Positions 13,203 to 26,242 of a stretch of 64,000 nucleotides of DNA are shown here, one piece after another (positions within the stretch are counted from its first letter, which is position 1; each line of letters starts with the position of its first letter). A program made the position numbers and the translations under genes. This stretch comes from Stegostoma tigrinum (lineage: Eukaryota). The notes below the pieces were generated by a model, which was not told the DNA's origin, ran no database searches, and worked only from the letters and a program-made list of their open reading frames with translations. The stretch covers positions 8,252,678-8,316,677 of the forward strand of contig NC_081375.1 in the NCBI RefSeq assembly GCF_030684315.1. The letters are read 5' to 3'.

Positions 13203-13809
13203 ATGTGGAATGTTGTGTTCAATTCTGGTCGCCACACTACCAGGAGGATGTGGTGGCTTTGGAGCGGGTACAGAAAAGATTTATGTGGGTGTTGCCTGGT
13301 GTGGAGGGCAGTGCTAAGAGGAGAGGTTGGAGAAATTTGGGTTGTTCTCACCAGAATGACGGAGGTCTAAGGGCGACCTAATAGAGGTCGACAAGATTAT
13401 GAACGGCATGGACAGAGTGGACAGTCAGATATTTTTTCCCAGGGTGAAAGAGTCAGTTACTGGGGGCATAGGTTTAAGGTGCAAGGGGCAAGGTTTAGAG
13501 ATGGTGTACAAGAAAGTTTTTCTACACAGTATGTGATGGGTACCTAGAACTTACTGCTAGGGGAGGTAGTGGAAGCAGATACTATAGTGACTTTTAAAGG
13601 GTGTCTTGACAAATACATGAATAGGATGGGAATAGGGGGATATGGCATCCAGAAGGGTAGGGGGTTTTAGTTGTGATAGGCAGCATATTGGTGCAGGTTT
13701 GGAGGGCTGAAGGGCCTGTTCCTATGCAGTAATTTTTCTTTTATTGTCTAGTAAGTGATGTCTAGGTTTGCTAGTGGCATTCAAGTTCAGGCAAATGATA
13801 ATATGGAAC

Positions 13810-14335
13810 TGTAAGCTAGTCTCAGCGATGGTGACTATGAAACTATAAACAATTGTTATAAAAACCCATCTGGTTTAATAATGGCTGAGAGGGATAGAAA
13901 CCTGCCGTCTGGACTTAGCTTAGCCTAATAAGTCATATATTTAAGACAGAGACGAGGAGGAATTTCTTCTCTCAGAGGGTTGTGAATCTGTGGAATTCTT
14001 TACAATACAGGGTTGTTGAGGCTGTGTCATTAAGTATATTCAAAGCTGAGATAGATTTTTAATCAGGAAGGGAATCTAGTGTTATGGGGAAATAGTAGGA
14101 AAGTGAAGTTGAGGATTATCAGATCAACCGTGATATGGTGGAGCAGACTCAATGGGCTGAATGGCATAATTCTGCTCCTGTGCCTTCTGGTCTTTAATGT
14201 AACTCCAGACCCACAGTAGTGTGGTTATACTGTCTGATGTGCCCTAGGAAACCAATCAGTCAATGGACATTTATGGATGGGGAATAAGTTTTAGCTTTGC
14301 CAATGACAGCTACATCCCATACATGGATAAACAAA
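13810..14335 (+). mobile_element. SINE-like short element split by a CR1 3' fragment (about 13930-14195)
   Basis: aaaaacccatctggtt body before the insertion; actccagacccacag...acatcccat tail after it; CR1 tail gatatggtggagcagactc...tgctcctg in between. Confidence 0.7.
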
Positions 14336-14499
14336 ATCTGGATGAGTACACATAGGTCCTGATGGATGAAAGAAGTTGAGGGATGGATGGTGATTGAAAA
14401 GGGAGTGGGATCATCTGGTCAGTTCTGAATGGTCCATTAGCTTTCTTGGGGCTAAGGAAAAGTTCTCCATGAATTTGGAACATTGAGTAGACACATCAC

Positions 14500-14910
14500 A
14501 GAGAATTAGAGTTAGAGTACTGCACAAAGACAGGCTATTCAGCTCAACAGCTGCATATTGGTGTTCCCCATTCTTTTTGCTGTCGCTACATCATCATAAC
14601 CTTCTATTCCTTCCTTGCTCATGTGCTTATCCAGTTTTACCCTAAATGTATCAATGCTATTTGCCTCAACTATTCTTTGTGTTAGTGAGTTCCACTTTCT
14701 CACCACTCTCTGGTAAGAAAGTTTCTCCTGAATTCCCTTTTGGATTTATTGGTTGCCATTCTTTATTTGGGGCCTCTTGTTCTGGTCTCACCTACAAGTG
14801 GAAACATCTTCTCAATGTTTGCCCTATCAAACCCTTTCGTAATGTTGAAGATCTCCATCAGGTCACCATTCAGCCTTCTCTTTCTCAGAGGCAAGTGCCC
14901 CAGCCTGTTT
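14500..14910 (-). mobile_element. CR1 3' fragment
   Basis: Reverse-complement CR1 tail and RT end (atcaggtcaccattcagccttctc). Confidence 0.7.
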
Positions 14911-17900
14911 AATTAATCCTGCTAGTATCACTCTTCGCTTTTGAATAAGAACCAGAAAAATAACTGGTGACAGAGCAGAGTTACCAGGACTCCTTTAATG
15001 AATCATTGTTCAACTGTGGTCTGATTCAACAAGGATGGTAAAATCTGATAAAGTTTCACATACAGAAAGAAATTACAGTAAATAGTATTACCATAGCTGC
15101 CAGGCTGACTATTCCAGGGTTAGTTGAGAGAAAGAAAACAAGAAATTGCCTTGTCATTGATGTCTGCTTGCAAACTACAGCAATTGATTCAATAAAACGT
15201 TCAAGATCAAAGCCTCTAGTTTGTTTCAGCAGCTTGTACTGGATGTGACAAAGTGATGATTTATTTATTAACTGAGCTAAGAAATGAGAAAGTTTTTGAA
15301 GTATTTTATTTTTGATGAATAGAGAGAGGTTGCTGCTTTCTCTCAAGTTTGATGATGAATTAAGCCAAACAGAATTTGTTATTATTGATGGCTTGTATAT
15401 AGAAAATGTTTTGCTTTTGCTCATAATTTTTTTTATCCCTAAAGTAGGGAAAACTGACTTGAGTGGAAACTGACTCATTTTCTCTTCTTCCTGTTCTGCT
15501 GTTTCAACTCATTTTGTCTTTTAAGATCAGCTCTGCAGATCCCAAAACATTCTGATCTCTTGCATTGTTGCCATGGCCTAATCTAATTGTAGATGCTGAC
15601 AGATTTTAGATTTGTGAGAAAAATTTCACAGTTTCCACAGAGACTGCAGGTTTCAAAATGAAACTCTATACACACCGCACAAACAAACCACACTGACATT
15701 TTTGGGGTGACAGTGACAACCAGATAATAGAAGCAAGGAATGTGGGCTGTTGATGTCTGACATGAGGCCATCTTCACAAGGGCTGGAAAGTCAGTGACCT
15801 CCCTCGAAAAGAGGGAAGAAAGAGGGCTGTGTCCAAAATGGCCTCAGACATTGTCTCAAATCAGGAACAATAACTTACTCCCACTCTTTGAAATAACAAA
15901 CATTGAAACTTTTCTTTGATCTGACGCCATTCTATGGAAATGAGAAAGTATTCTTAATTAAACTTGACTCACTCTTCATTTATTAATTTTAATTTGCTTC
16001 AATATACTTGGTACAAGTGGAATCATTAAATGTTTTACATAATGCTCTGTTGATTTAGTACTCTTTTTATCCATTAGATATCTGTGTTATGTCTAACAGA
16101 AAGTCATACATTGTCAGACTGGAGCTGTCCTTCATCTAGTACAGTCTTGCCATAAACTTTTCAAGTGCAGGTATAATTTTGAATGCTTCTCAATCAGATA
16201 CAACCCACACTGGGAAGATAAGAGAATGAGCTACGTGACTAATACCCACTCATCTATCTGCTGACTACACGATGGGATGTCAGTCTGATTTCACAGACTG
16301 ATATCTCACCGAGAGTCAGATGACATCTTTGCTTGTAATGAGAAGACAAGTATTAGGGTTAATGATGTGACTCCTAGTTACTCAGCACTGATTTCCTTCA
16401 ATCATATAAAGTCCCTGCCCCCACACCCCATCAACTCCTCATATCTTCTGCAAACAAAGAAAAAATAAATTTAAACTTAATTTTTGTTGGTGGACAGAAT
16501 TGAAAAGAGGATGAAGTGACGGACGCGTCAGTTGGGCACTAACTTTTAGACAATGCAGCCAGCCCCAGAGGTAATTAATATCAGTCTCAATGTTCTTCCA
16601 GTCCCTGGAAAAGTATTCTCATTTAACACAATAACTAGACAGACAATGACAGATTCTGACTGCATTGCAGGCTATGAAACGCAATATGAAATTCCCAACA
16701 AAAGGAAATATCAAGATTTGGCTAACATTACAGATTAAAGATGAAAAATTGCACCTTTTTCTGAAATGATTCCTAATTTTTGATTGACTCACTTTTCGCA
16801 CATGTCCCTACTATTTTAGTTGGAGTTTACTCCTTCTGCTACATTGCAGATGGATTGAAGGGGATTTGTTAGTGCATCAAGGAAGCCACACTGCCACTTT
16901 TGGAGTTGACTTCTAATCTAGCTCACACCGATAGAAGCTGTAACAGGTCAGTACCCTGCTCATTCTCACTGGTTGAATTCAGCCTAGGTAGTTTGGAATG
17001 GACATCATCTCCACTAGATAGGCTGTCAATGGTATAGTTGATCAATAGCCCCATCACCTCTGACATCTGCACAAATCATATCCCTTACTGATGCGATAGA
17101 ACACTATGGTCTCAACCGGCAAGACTAAAATATAAGGCTAAGTACAATGGATTGAGTCCCACCTCTTGCTGGTCTGAAAATAATGATTAAAAAAAAAGTG
17201 GCCTAAAATCATAGGTCATAGGAGCAAAAGTAGGCCACTTGGCCCAACGAGTGAGCTGTGACATTCAATGAGTTGATGGCTGATCTGATCATCCTCAATT
17301 CCTGTCTTTTTCACGTAACTCTTGATTCCCCTACTGCTTAGAAAATCTGTCTATCATGCACTTGAATATACTTAATGATCTAGTCTCTACAGCCCTCTGT
17401 GGTGAATAATGTCCCATATTCATTACCCTCAAAGGGAAGAAATTCTCTTATTTGGAGATTAGAATTAGAATTAGATTTTATTGTCAATTGTACTCAAATA
17501 TACCAATACATGAGTACAGTGAAAAGTGTACAAAGTTACTATTCTCGAGTGCCATCTTGATTACAAAACCAGAATTTAAAAATAACAGCAGAAATAAAAG
17601 AAAGCCAAAAGAAAAACATGCAAATTTTAAAGTCTAAGTGTTATCTCCATAAGGTGTTTAGAACCACTGACGCATACACTGGGACCCAGCCACAACCTGA
17701 AGTCTCAGTCAGCCTGTGAGTCTCACATTGATAACTGGGAGGAGCTGCATTCTTGCTGCTGCTGACATTGCCACCACTAATTGCTGGAGGAGCTTTACTA
17801 CCACTGTCACCGCCACTGATACTGAACACCAGGAGGAGCTGCATTCTCGCTGTTGCTGACATTGTTGCCTCCAAACACTGGAGGAGATTTGCCACCATCG

Positions 17901-18132
17901 CCACTGGCCCTGAACGCTGGGAGGAGCGGTGTCTTCGCTGCCTCTGACTTTTGCTGCCTCAAAAAGACTTTAAGACAAGGGGAAACAACCTTTCCACATT
18001 GATCCTGTCAAGTCCCCTCAGAATCATGTATATTTCTATAAGGTCTCCTCCCAATCTTCTAGCCTATGTTTGACATTTATTTCTACATTTTGTACCAAAT
18101 AGACAGAAGCTGCAAAGACAACAGAACGAGGA

Positions 18133-20890
18133 TAGAGTAATAGAGTCCTATAGCATGGAGACAGTCCCCTTGTCCTAAACTGGTTCATGCCAATCCAGAT
18201 GTCCATCCACGTTAACCCCATTTCCCCAGACTTGGCTCATATCCTTCTAAACCTTCCCCATCCATGTATTCATCCAAATGCCTTTTAAATAGTGTTAATG
18301 TACACGCCTCAACCACTTCCACTGGCAGCTCATTCCATATGCGCGCCACCCTCTGTATAAAAAAAGTTGCCCCCCAGGTTCCCATGTATTCTTTCTCCTC
18401 TTAGCCTGAATGATGCCCTCTGGTCCTCAATTCCTCAATCCTGGGAAAAAGACTGAGTGCATTCACCCTATCCATGCCTCTCATGATCTTATACACTTTT
18501 TTAAGAACGCCCCTCAGTCTCCAGTGCTCTAAAGAAAAAAAGCTTGTCTAACCTCTCCTTATAGCACAGTCCCTTGAGTCTTGACAACATCCTTGTAAAT
18601 TTCTTCTGTGCTTTTTCCAGTTTATTAACATCCTTCCTATAGAGAGGTGACCAAAGCTGAACACAATACTCCATGTGCGGCCTCACCAACTTGCTGTACA
18701 CCTGCAACATAACTTCCCAACTTCTGTACTCAGTGCCCTGACTAATGAAGGCCAGTGTGTCAAATGCCTTCTTCACTGCCCTGTCTACCTGTAACTCCAC
18801 TTTCAGAGAACTGTGCACCTGAACTCCAAGGTCCCTCTGTTCCACTACACTCCTTAAAGCCCTAGCATTCACCATGAAACTCCTACCTTGTTTTGACTTT
18901 CCAAAATGAAACATCTCACACTTATCTATATTAAGCTCCATTTGCCATTTCTTGGCCCACTTCCTCAGCTGACCAAGATCCTGCTGAAATTTCTGATAAC
19001 CTTCCTCACTGTCCATGATACCACCTATTTTCGTGTCATCCACAAACTTATTAAGTCATGCCTTGAACATTCTCGTCCAAATCATTGATACAGATAACAA
19101 ACAGCCATGGGCCCAGCACTGACCCCTGAGGCGCACCACTAAACACAGGCCTCCAGTCAGACAAGTATCCTTTCACAACTACTCTCTGTTTCCTACCATC
19201 AAGCCAATTGTGCATCCAGTTTGCCAACTTTCCCTGGATTCCATGTGATCAAACCTTCCAGAGCAGCCTATAATGTGGAACTTTTCAAAGGCCTTACTGA
19301 AATCCATATAGACTATATCTACTGCCCTGCCCTCATCAACCTTTCTGGTCACTTCATCAAAGAGTGCTAACAAATGTGTGAGGCACGATCTCTCACGCAC
19401 GAAGCCGTGCTGACTACTCCAAATCAAACCCTGACTTTCCAAATGCATGTATATCTTATCCCTCAGAATTTTCTCAAGTAACTTACCAGCCACAGATATT
19501 AGGCTTACTGGTCTGTAACTTCTAGGTTTTACTTTGCAGCCATTCTTGAATAGAGTATAATATTCACTATCCTCCAGTCTTCCGGGACCTCACCCATGGT
19601 TAACGATGATGCAAATATATCAGCCAGGGCTCCCGCAATTTCTTCTCCAGTCTCGTGCAGGGTTTATGCACATATCTGGTCAAGATCAGGAGATTTATCA
19701 ACCTTTATATATTCTATTATTTCCAGCACCTCCTCTGCTGTAATATGGACTGTTCCCAAGATATCGCCACTAACTTCCTCAAGTTCCTAAGTCTTCATGT
19801 CTTTCTTCACGATAAACACAGGGAAGAAATATTCATTGAGCTCCTCACCTATCTCCAGTGGTTCCTCACATATATGTCCACGTTGGTCCTTGAGGGGTCC
19901 TATATCCTTCTTCAGTAAACTGCTGTATCTCCTATATACCTCCAGGGATTCCCTTGATCCCAGCTGCCTGTACCTGAGCCATGCCTCCTTCTTCTTTTTG
20001 GTCAAAGCCTCAATATCTCTTGTCATCCAGGGTTCCCTGCTCCTGCCAACCTTGCCCTTCACCCTCCCAGGAACATTATAGACCTTCAATTCTAGCTTTC
20101 ATACTTCTAAAGCCTCCAACTTGCCAGAGGACCATTTGCTTGCAAACAAACTACTCTAATCAACCCCTGCAAGCTCCTAATTCCATCAAAATTCACCTTG
20201 CCCAGTTTAGAACTTGAAACTGTGGACCAGTTTTATCTCTCTCTATAACTATTTTAAAATTAATAGAACAATGGTCATTGGCCCCAAAGTGCTCCCCCAC
20301 TGTCACCTCAGTCACCTGTGCTGCCCAATTTCCCAAGAGTTGGTCAAGTTTTGCCTCTTCCCGAGTAGGACCCTCTATGTACAACTTTCCTGAACACATT
20401 TAACAAATTCCATCTCGTTTAAGCCCTTAACACTATGGCAGTCCCAGTCTATGTTACGAAAGCTAAAACCTCTTACTATGACAACCCTATTGCTCCTGCA
20501 CATCTCCCTAGTTTCCCTGCATATTTGTTCCTCTAATTCCTATTGACTATTTGGGAGCCTATAGTACAACCCCAATAATGTTACTGCCCCCACTGCTTAC
20601 TTCTTAGCTCCACCCACAAAGCCTCAGTTGATGACCCCTCACTTATTTTATCTCTGATTACTGCCGTGATATTTACCTTAATCAAAATTGCAACTCCCCA
20701 TTCCCTCGTTTCTCCACCTCTGTCCTGCTTAAAACACCCGTACCCTGGCATATTAAGCTGTCAGTCCTGTCCCTCCCTTAGCCATTTTCCTGTCATGGCT
20801 AAAATATCCCAGTCCCACATACCTATCCACGCCCTGAGTGTATCAGCCTTACCTATCAGCCCTCTTGCATTGAAATAGATGCAATTTAAT
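18133..20890 (-). mobile_element. Decayed CR1 ORF2 (endonuclease + RT) with 3' tail
   Basis: ORFs 18501..19043 (DDTKIGG, RDLGVQVH, VRPHMEYCVQLW), 19179..19493 (QHGFVRERSCLTHL, VYMDFSKAF), 19787..20089 and 20193..20399. Confidence 0.92.
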
Positions 20891-22369
20891 CCAACAGGCA
20901 TTCCTCCAAAACTCTTATCTATGATGAGCTCAGCAACTCAGATGCTCCGAAATGGCTATGGCAGCTGTATGTACTTCACACAGATATAGTCTTTGGGGAT
21001 AATGGAGGCACACCTTGTTAACACCTTGTTATTCAGCACAGGTGACTGTATCCAGGCTAATATGTGTACCAAAGTAACACCTCACCCTATCAGTCACTCT
21101 CTGCTGGACACTCCTCCTTTTCCTGATCACTGGAGCTGTTGACAGATGATCTGATCTTCAGTGCAGGTGACTGCTTCCAGGTTCTAATATATGTGCCAAA
21201 TGGATGCCTCTCTTCCACCCTCTGCAGGACCTGTAAGGCACAGGCACCACCAGGATTTGAAGCCCAGGATTACCCCTAGTTACTGGGTAGGCATCGTAAC
21301 CAACTAAACCACAGTACTACACAGCCCTGCTGAAGAAGAAAAAGACTGGGTGAAATGTAGTTCAAATGCCCATGATGTGCAATGACAATTTGGACATATT
21401 GTATCACCTGTAACAAAAACATCAATAGCAAGTGGCATCTGCTGGAGCCGAGGAGATTCTAAAGAGCTCACAATAAACTGTCACAGGCAGAACAGGTAAT
21501 TTGGCTCAATTGGTTTACATTGGTGTTTCTGCTCCATGTGAGCCACCCCCACTCTATTTAACGCAATCAACTATCTATCTCTCTCCACAGATATGTTTCA
21601 GTATTCTAATATTTTGGTTTTATTTCATTTTTCTTGCATATATTATCATATGCCTTTTTATCAGGATTTTATCTTGGTAAGGGGAGAGATTAACTAGGCA
21701 AAGGGATATGGCTGATCAGAAATTTGGGATTAAGAGGTGAATTCAAGGGTAGGATCTAGACAAAGGTCTAACTAGTGAAAGTGATAGTCAAGAAAGAGCA
21801 TGTGCACAGGAGACCCAGGAAAATTAGGATTGCTTATATTGCAACCAACTGAGCATCTCCCTCTGAGTCAGGTGTTCCTGCAATTCCCAATTCTCTTTGT
21901 TCCCCAAGGTAGTGCTTGTTGAAGTTAGAACTATCAGAAGAAACGTAACAAACTGAGGCATGTTTCTATAGAAACAAGAAAGCGAAGGGGTGACCTGATA
22001 GAAAAGTTTAAAATTATGAAGCAATTTGATCGAGCAGACATAGAGGAAATGTTTCCTGGAACATCCTCTCCTGTAGCACCATAGGAGCATCTGCATGACC
22101 CACCCAAGGGCAACCTAAGTTCGGCAATAAAGGCTGAGCTTGCCAGCAATGCCTGTATTCTAAAAGGTATTTATGACTACTATTTGGTATTTAATCCCCT
22201 TCTGAGAAACCTCTCAAATGCAAAACAAATAGAACCATTGGAATAGAAATAGAAAAATTGGAAGGAAGGTACATGCATCTTAAAGGCACAATACTCCCTC
22301 TGATTTTTTAGGTTATACCAGCTCGTGGACTACTACAGTTCCAACTAAGGATGAAGCCAAACTTTGATT

Positions 22370-22657
22370 TCCATAGAATCCCTACAGTGTGGAAGGGCCA
22401 TCAAGTCCACACTAAACCTCTGAACAGCACCCCACTCTAGCACTGTAATCCAGCATTTCCAATGACTAACACAACTTGCCTGTACATCCCTGAAAACTAT
22501 GGGCAATTTAGCCTGGTCAATACATCTAACCTAAACATCTTTGGACTGTGGGGAAACCAGACTACCTGGAGGAAACCCACACCCACTAAGGCTGGAATCA
22601 AACCTGGGTCCCTACTACTGTGAGGCAGCAGTACTAACCACCAAGCCACCATGCTGC
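22370..22657 (-). mobile_element. V-SINE (HE1-like, tRNA-derived)
   Basis: Reverse complement of the 28237-28537 family: tRNA-like head, cccacagtccaaagatgt core, CR1-like tail. Confidence 0.8.
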
Positions 22658-22699
22658 ACATTTCTCCGCACCTTTCAGCATGTTCAGTCATTTTGAAGC

Positions 22700-22965
22700 A
22701 TTTGTAAGAATGAATCACTTTTCAAATGTAGTTGCAATGTAGGAAATATGGAAGCAAGCCTTGCACAAGACCTCACAGACATCAAAAAGGTAAAAACTTG
22801 TTTGTATCGGTGTTGACTGAATGACAAGTATTTTCCAGGGGACTAGTGATAGCTCCTCTGCTCTTCCCCAAAATTTGCCATGGGATCTTTTGTGAGAGTA
22901 GACTGGAGCACATTAGATATCTCATCGAAAACTGGAACCTCTGACAGTACAGTAAACTCTCAACA
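22700..22965 (-). mobile_element. Deu-domain SINE fragment (SacSINE/AmnSINE-like), decayed
   Basis: Minus strand contains aaaagatcccatggca...gaagagcagaggag core. Related copies near 25060-25215, 51985-52255, 55380-55660 and 62010-62260. Confidence 0.6.
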
Positions 22966-25900
22966 CTACGTGATAAAGCGAAGGGGTGACTTGATAGAAA
23001 AGTTTAAAATTACAAAACAATTTGATAGAGCAAAAAGAGGAAATGTTTCCTGGAACATCCTCTCCTGTAGCACTGTGGAATCATCTGCATGACCCATGTA
23101 AGCCCTGCATAAATCGAGAGTAATTCTCTATTTGCTCAATTGCTGGAATGGGACTTGAATGTGCACCCCTCTGACTCCAATGCAAGTATGCAACCTATTG
23201 AACTATTATTGACAGATATGGGAAATAAATTCTGGCATAGACAGCATTGACTACTTTCCAAGAAATGTTTTATTAAAAGTTGTGTGAAAGATGGAGGAGA
23301 AAATTTAATGGAGCAATAACTATGACAGTAGTGATAAAAGAAGCAATGAATCTTGTAATAGAGACAGAAACATAAATGGCATTTAATGAATAAGTCCCAG
23401 AAATTGGCTACTTCACCTCCCAACTGGGCAGGGCAGGTGAATTCAGACAGACAGTGGGGTTCAATGCATTCTGTAGATGGAAAATAACAGAAAGCCACTT
23501 ACTGCAGTATTATGCTTAGACTGAAACTCACTGTACAGCAGGGTGTTCCAAGACCGTGTGCTTGCAATAACGTCACATTACCACCAAGAATTAGGCAGAA
23601 AATGACCAATTACTCTCAGTACATCAAAATCATTTGATATTTTGTCAAAATTTCTGGTAAGACTTCAATTTAGACATCTTATTGCAAACATTGGATGAAA
23701 TAGGTATTTAACCTGTATTGAAATATTAATCAGACTGAAGGAGTAATATTTCAGGTGTTTTGTGTTATTTCTTCATGGACCCTTACTCTATTGGTCTCTT
23801 TCTTTCCTTTTCCCGTTAATTTTTATACAATATTTTAGGCTTGTACTTTTGGCTGCACTCAAAACCTCTTCACTGATTCCATTTGTGACTCTATTGATAT
23901 TTACCCAAAGGCTCTTTTTTAAATTCTTTTCCTCAGCCCATCAATATTTGACAGCCAGTTTTCTATTATCTTATTGAATTAGCGCATGAAGTTATTGATA
24001 ACTGGGATAGGTGTCTTTCTGGATCTATTCACTGTTTTGTGTCCCATCCTATGTTCCCTCTATTTTTCTTCTGTGTGGACCTTTGAAGTCTATGGACGTT
24101 TGTGATGACTGGAACTGGAATTTACTGGTGGTAACAGCACAGATCAACATGGCAGACTCTCAGAGCGGCTGTATGGCCATGCAGTTTAGAGGGAATATTG
24201 GCTCCATCAGTGAGATGCAGAGTCACAGAATTGTTTACCATAGGTGGTGGCTCCTTGGCATTTTGTCTGTGCTGGCTTTCTGAATGGACAAATCATTTAG
24301 CACTATTCACCTGCCTTCTCCCCATAACCCAGCACTTTCAAATCAGTACGTAATTCCTTTATCGAATATCTTGAACCTACTTCTGCTACACTCCGATTCC
24401 TAAATCGCTCATGAGTGTGAGAGAGAGAGAGAGAGAGAGAGAGGGCAAAAGGCAAAGTTTAAATGGAGCCTTTCACACAGAGATCTGATGGCATCATTTT
24501 ACATCACAAACCAGTCATCCAGCCAACTTGGGCCACTTAATTTAAATCTGCTTGAGTCAACCTAAAGGGAAACACAAACTAAAATGGGTGGTGATACCTT
24601 TAATTTGTCTTGGTTGTGACAAATGCAAGTCGCCCCAGATTTTAAAAATTATCTTCTATTATTTTTCAATTCCTATTCTATCATTGGTTCTATGTGATGA
24701 GATGAAAATGTGCTATTTGTAAGGGAATATGAGTGTAAGATTTGCAAAAGGCTTGATACTTAGCCTGCATTAATTTAACAATTTTTGATCTGGTGTTAGT
24801 GGTACGGCTTTTGTAATTGGCTGACAGAGGGCAAGATAGAATCAAAAATCTTAATGTAGACAGATGCCATTTGGCTGTTCATGTCCTTATTAGACATGGC
24901 AAGTGGAAGAGACTGGGCTTGAGAGGGCTTTTAAAATTGCCTTCGGACTTAGTAAAGGATCAGTACTTCGGAAGCGCTTCATCATCAAAAGGGGAAAAGT
25001 GAAGAAGTGTGCACTGTCGAAGGGGTCAGCAATGAAAGAAAAGTGCACTGTCAAAGAAACAATAGTGAAGTTGACACATTGTCAGAGGTGCCTAATTCTG
25101 ATTGAATTTAAACCAAGGCCCTTGTTATCCTCGAGTGAACGTAAAAGATCCCTGTGTACTACGTCAAAGAAAAAAACCAAAAGTTATCCTGATGAGCGAG
25201 TCAATACACACAACTGAATGAACGCTACAGGAAGCAAAATCATATGGACTCCCACAGATACTTTGTCTATACATCCTCACGTGCTGCTTCCTGTCTCCGT
25301 CACATTTGTTCTGATGATGCTACTTTCTGCAAAGGGCCTCCAGAATGTCCACCTTTTTCATCAACCAAGGATTCTCTTCCACCATAACAATTTCAGAATG
25401 TGAACAGCCTCCTCCACGTTCATTACCCTCTTCCACACCCCTAAGCCCTGTTTTGTACGGGTTGCTCCCAGCACAGCCAACACATTTTTATTCATTCATA
25501 CTTGGCATTCACACCATCCTCAGAATTTAGCTCCCTCTTGGCTTATTGTCAGCAATCCCTTTGTTTGTCTCTCATTTCTTTCACTTTTCCAGCAGCATCT
25601 CCACATTTATTCATTTCTTCTAACTCTACCTCCCTATCATCGGCATAACATGATCTTTTTCCAGCTGCTTTCAGTTCTGATGCCAAATTTAAAATGTTAG
25701 CTGTTTCTGTCTACAGATACTACCAGACCTGCTTTCTCCAGAATTTTGTTTTTGTTTCACCTGGTAATTTATCATCAGTGTTTGTTAGATCTTGCTATTC
25801 TTTGATATTGTGTTTCCCCATTACAAAAACAGGTGAATTGGAAGCAGAAGTAGGAAGTTAGGACCCTAAAGCCTGCTTTGCCATTCAATAAGATCATGGC

Positions 25901-26242
25901 TAATGTTTGTTTCTCCGAATTTCAAATTCCCATGTACTGTCCTCCTGTAAAACCACTGATTTCCCTGCCTATCAAAAATATATCTACTGAATCGTAGAAG
26001 GTTAATCTCTAATTTTAAAACAGCATCATATAGTTGCGAACTCACCCACGAGAGGAAATTCAGGATCTTACACACTTCAATCAAGTCACCTTCACTCTTC
26101 TAAACTCCAGTAGAACCAACCTAATAGGATAAAACAATCCACTCATTCCAGATATCAATTTAATAAAATTCATTCGATATCACCTCTAATGCATTTTACA
26201 TCCTTCTTTAAATACTGTTGCACTCAATGCCTTCTATGCTTG

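Larger units (their letters stand above)
8568..13742 (+). mobile_element. Near full-length decayed CR1 LINE (ORF1 zinc finger + SGNH esterase; ORF2 APE endonuclease + RT) with two nested insertions
   Basis: ORF1: CCTCEM...YICKK, GDSVVRG, VHIGTND, DGLHLN. ORF2: CFNVRT, VVVGNFNFP, REPWITRDI, SKFADD, RDLGVQVH, then a CR1 3' tail. Many stops and frameshifts. Confidence 0.92.

Noticed and set aside
15056-15478. 140-aa minus-strand ORF
   Set aside because: No recognisable domain or exon context; AT-rich non-coding character.
17735-17935. Spaced ggaggagc repeats superficially like a CRISPR array
   Set aside because: Eukaryotic DNA; the spacers are themselves repeated, the units are degenerate, and there are no cas genes.
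21010-21215. Short direct repeat acaccttgtt and two diverged caggtgactg...ccagg...taatat units
   Set aside because: Too short and degenerate to interpret; likely a remnant at the end of the adjacent CR1.
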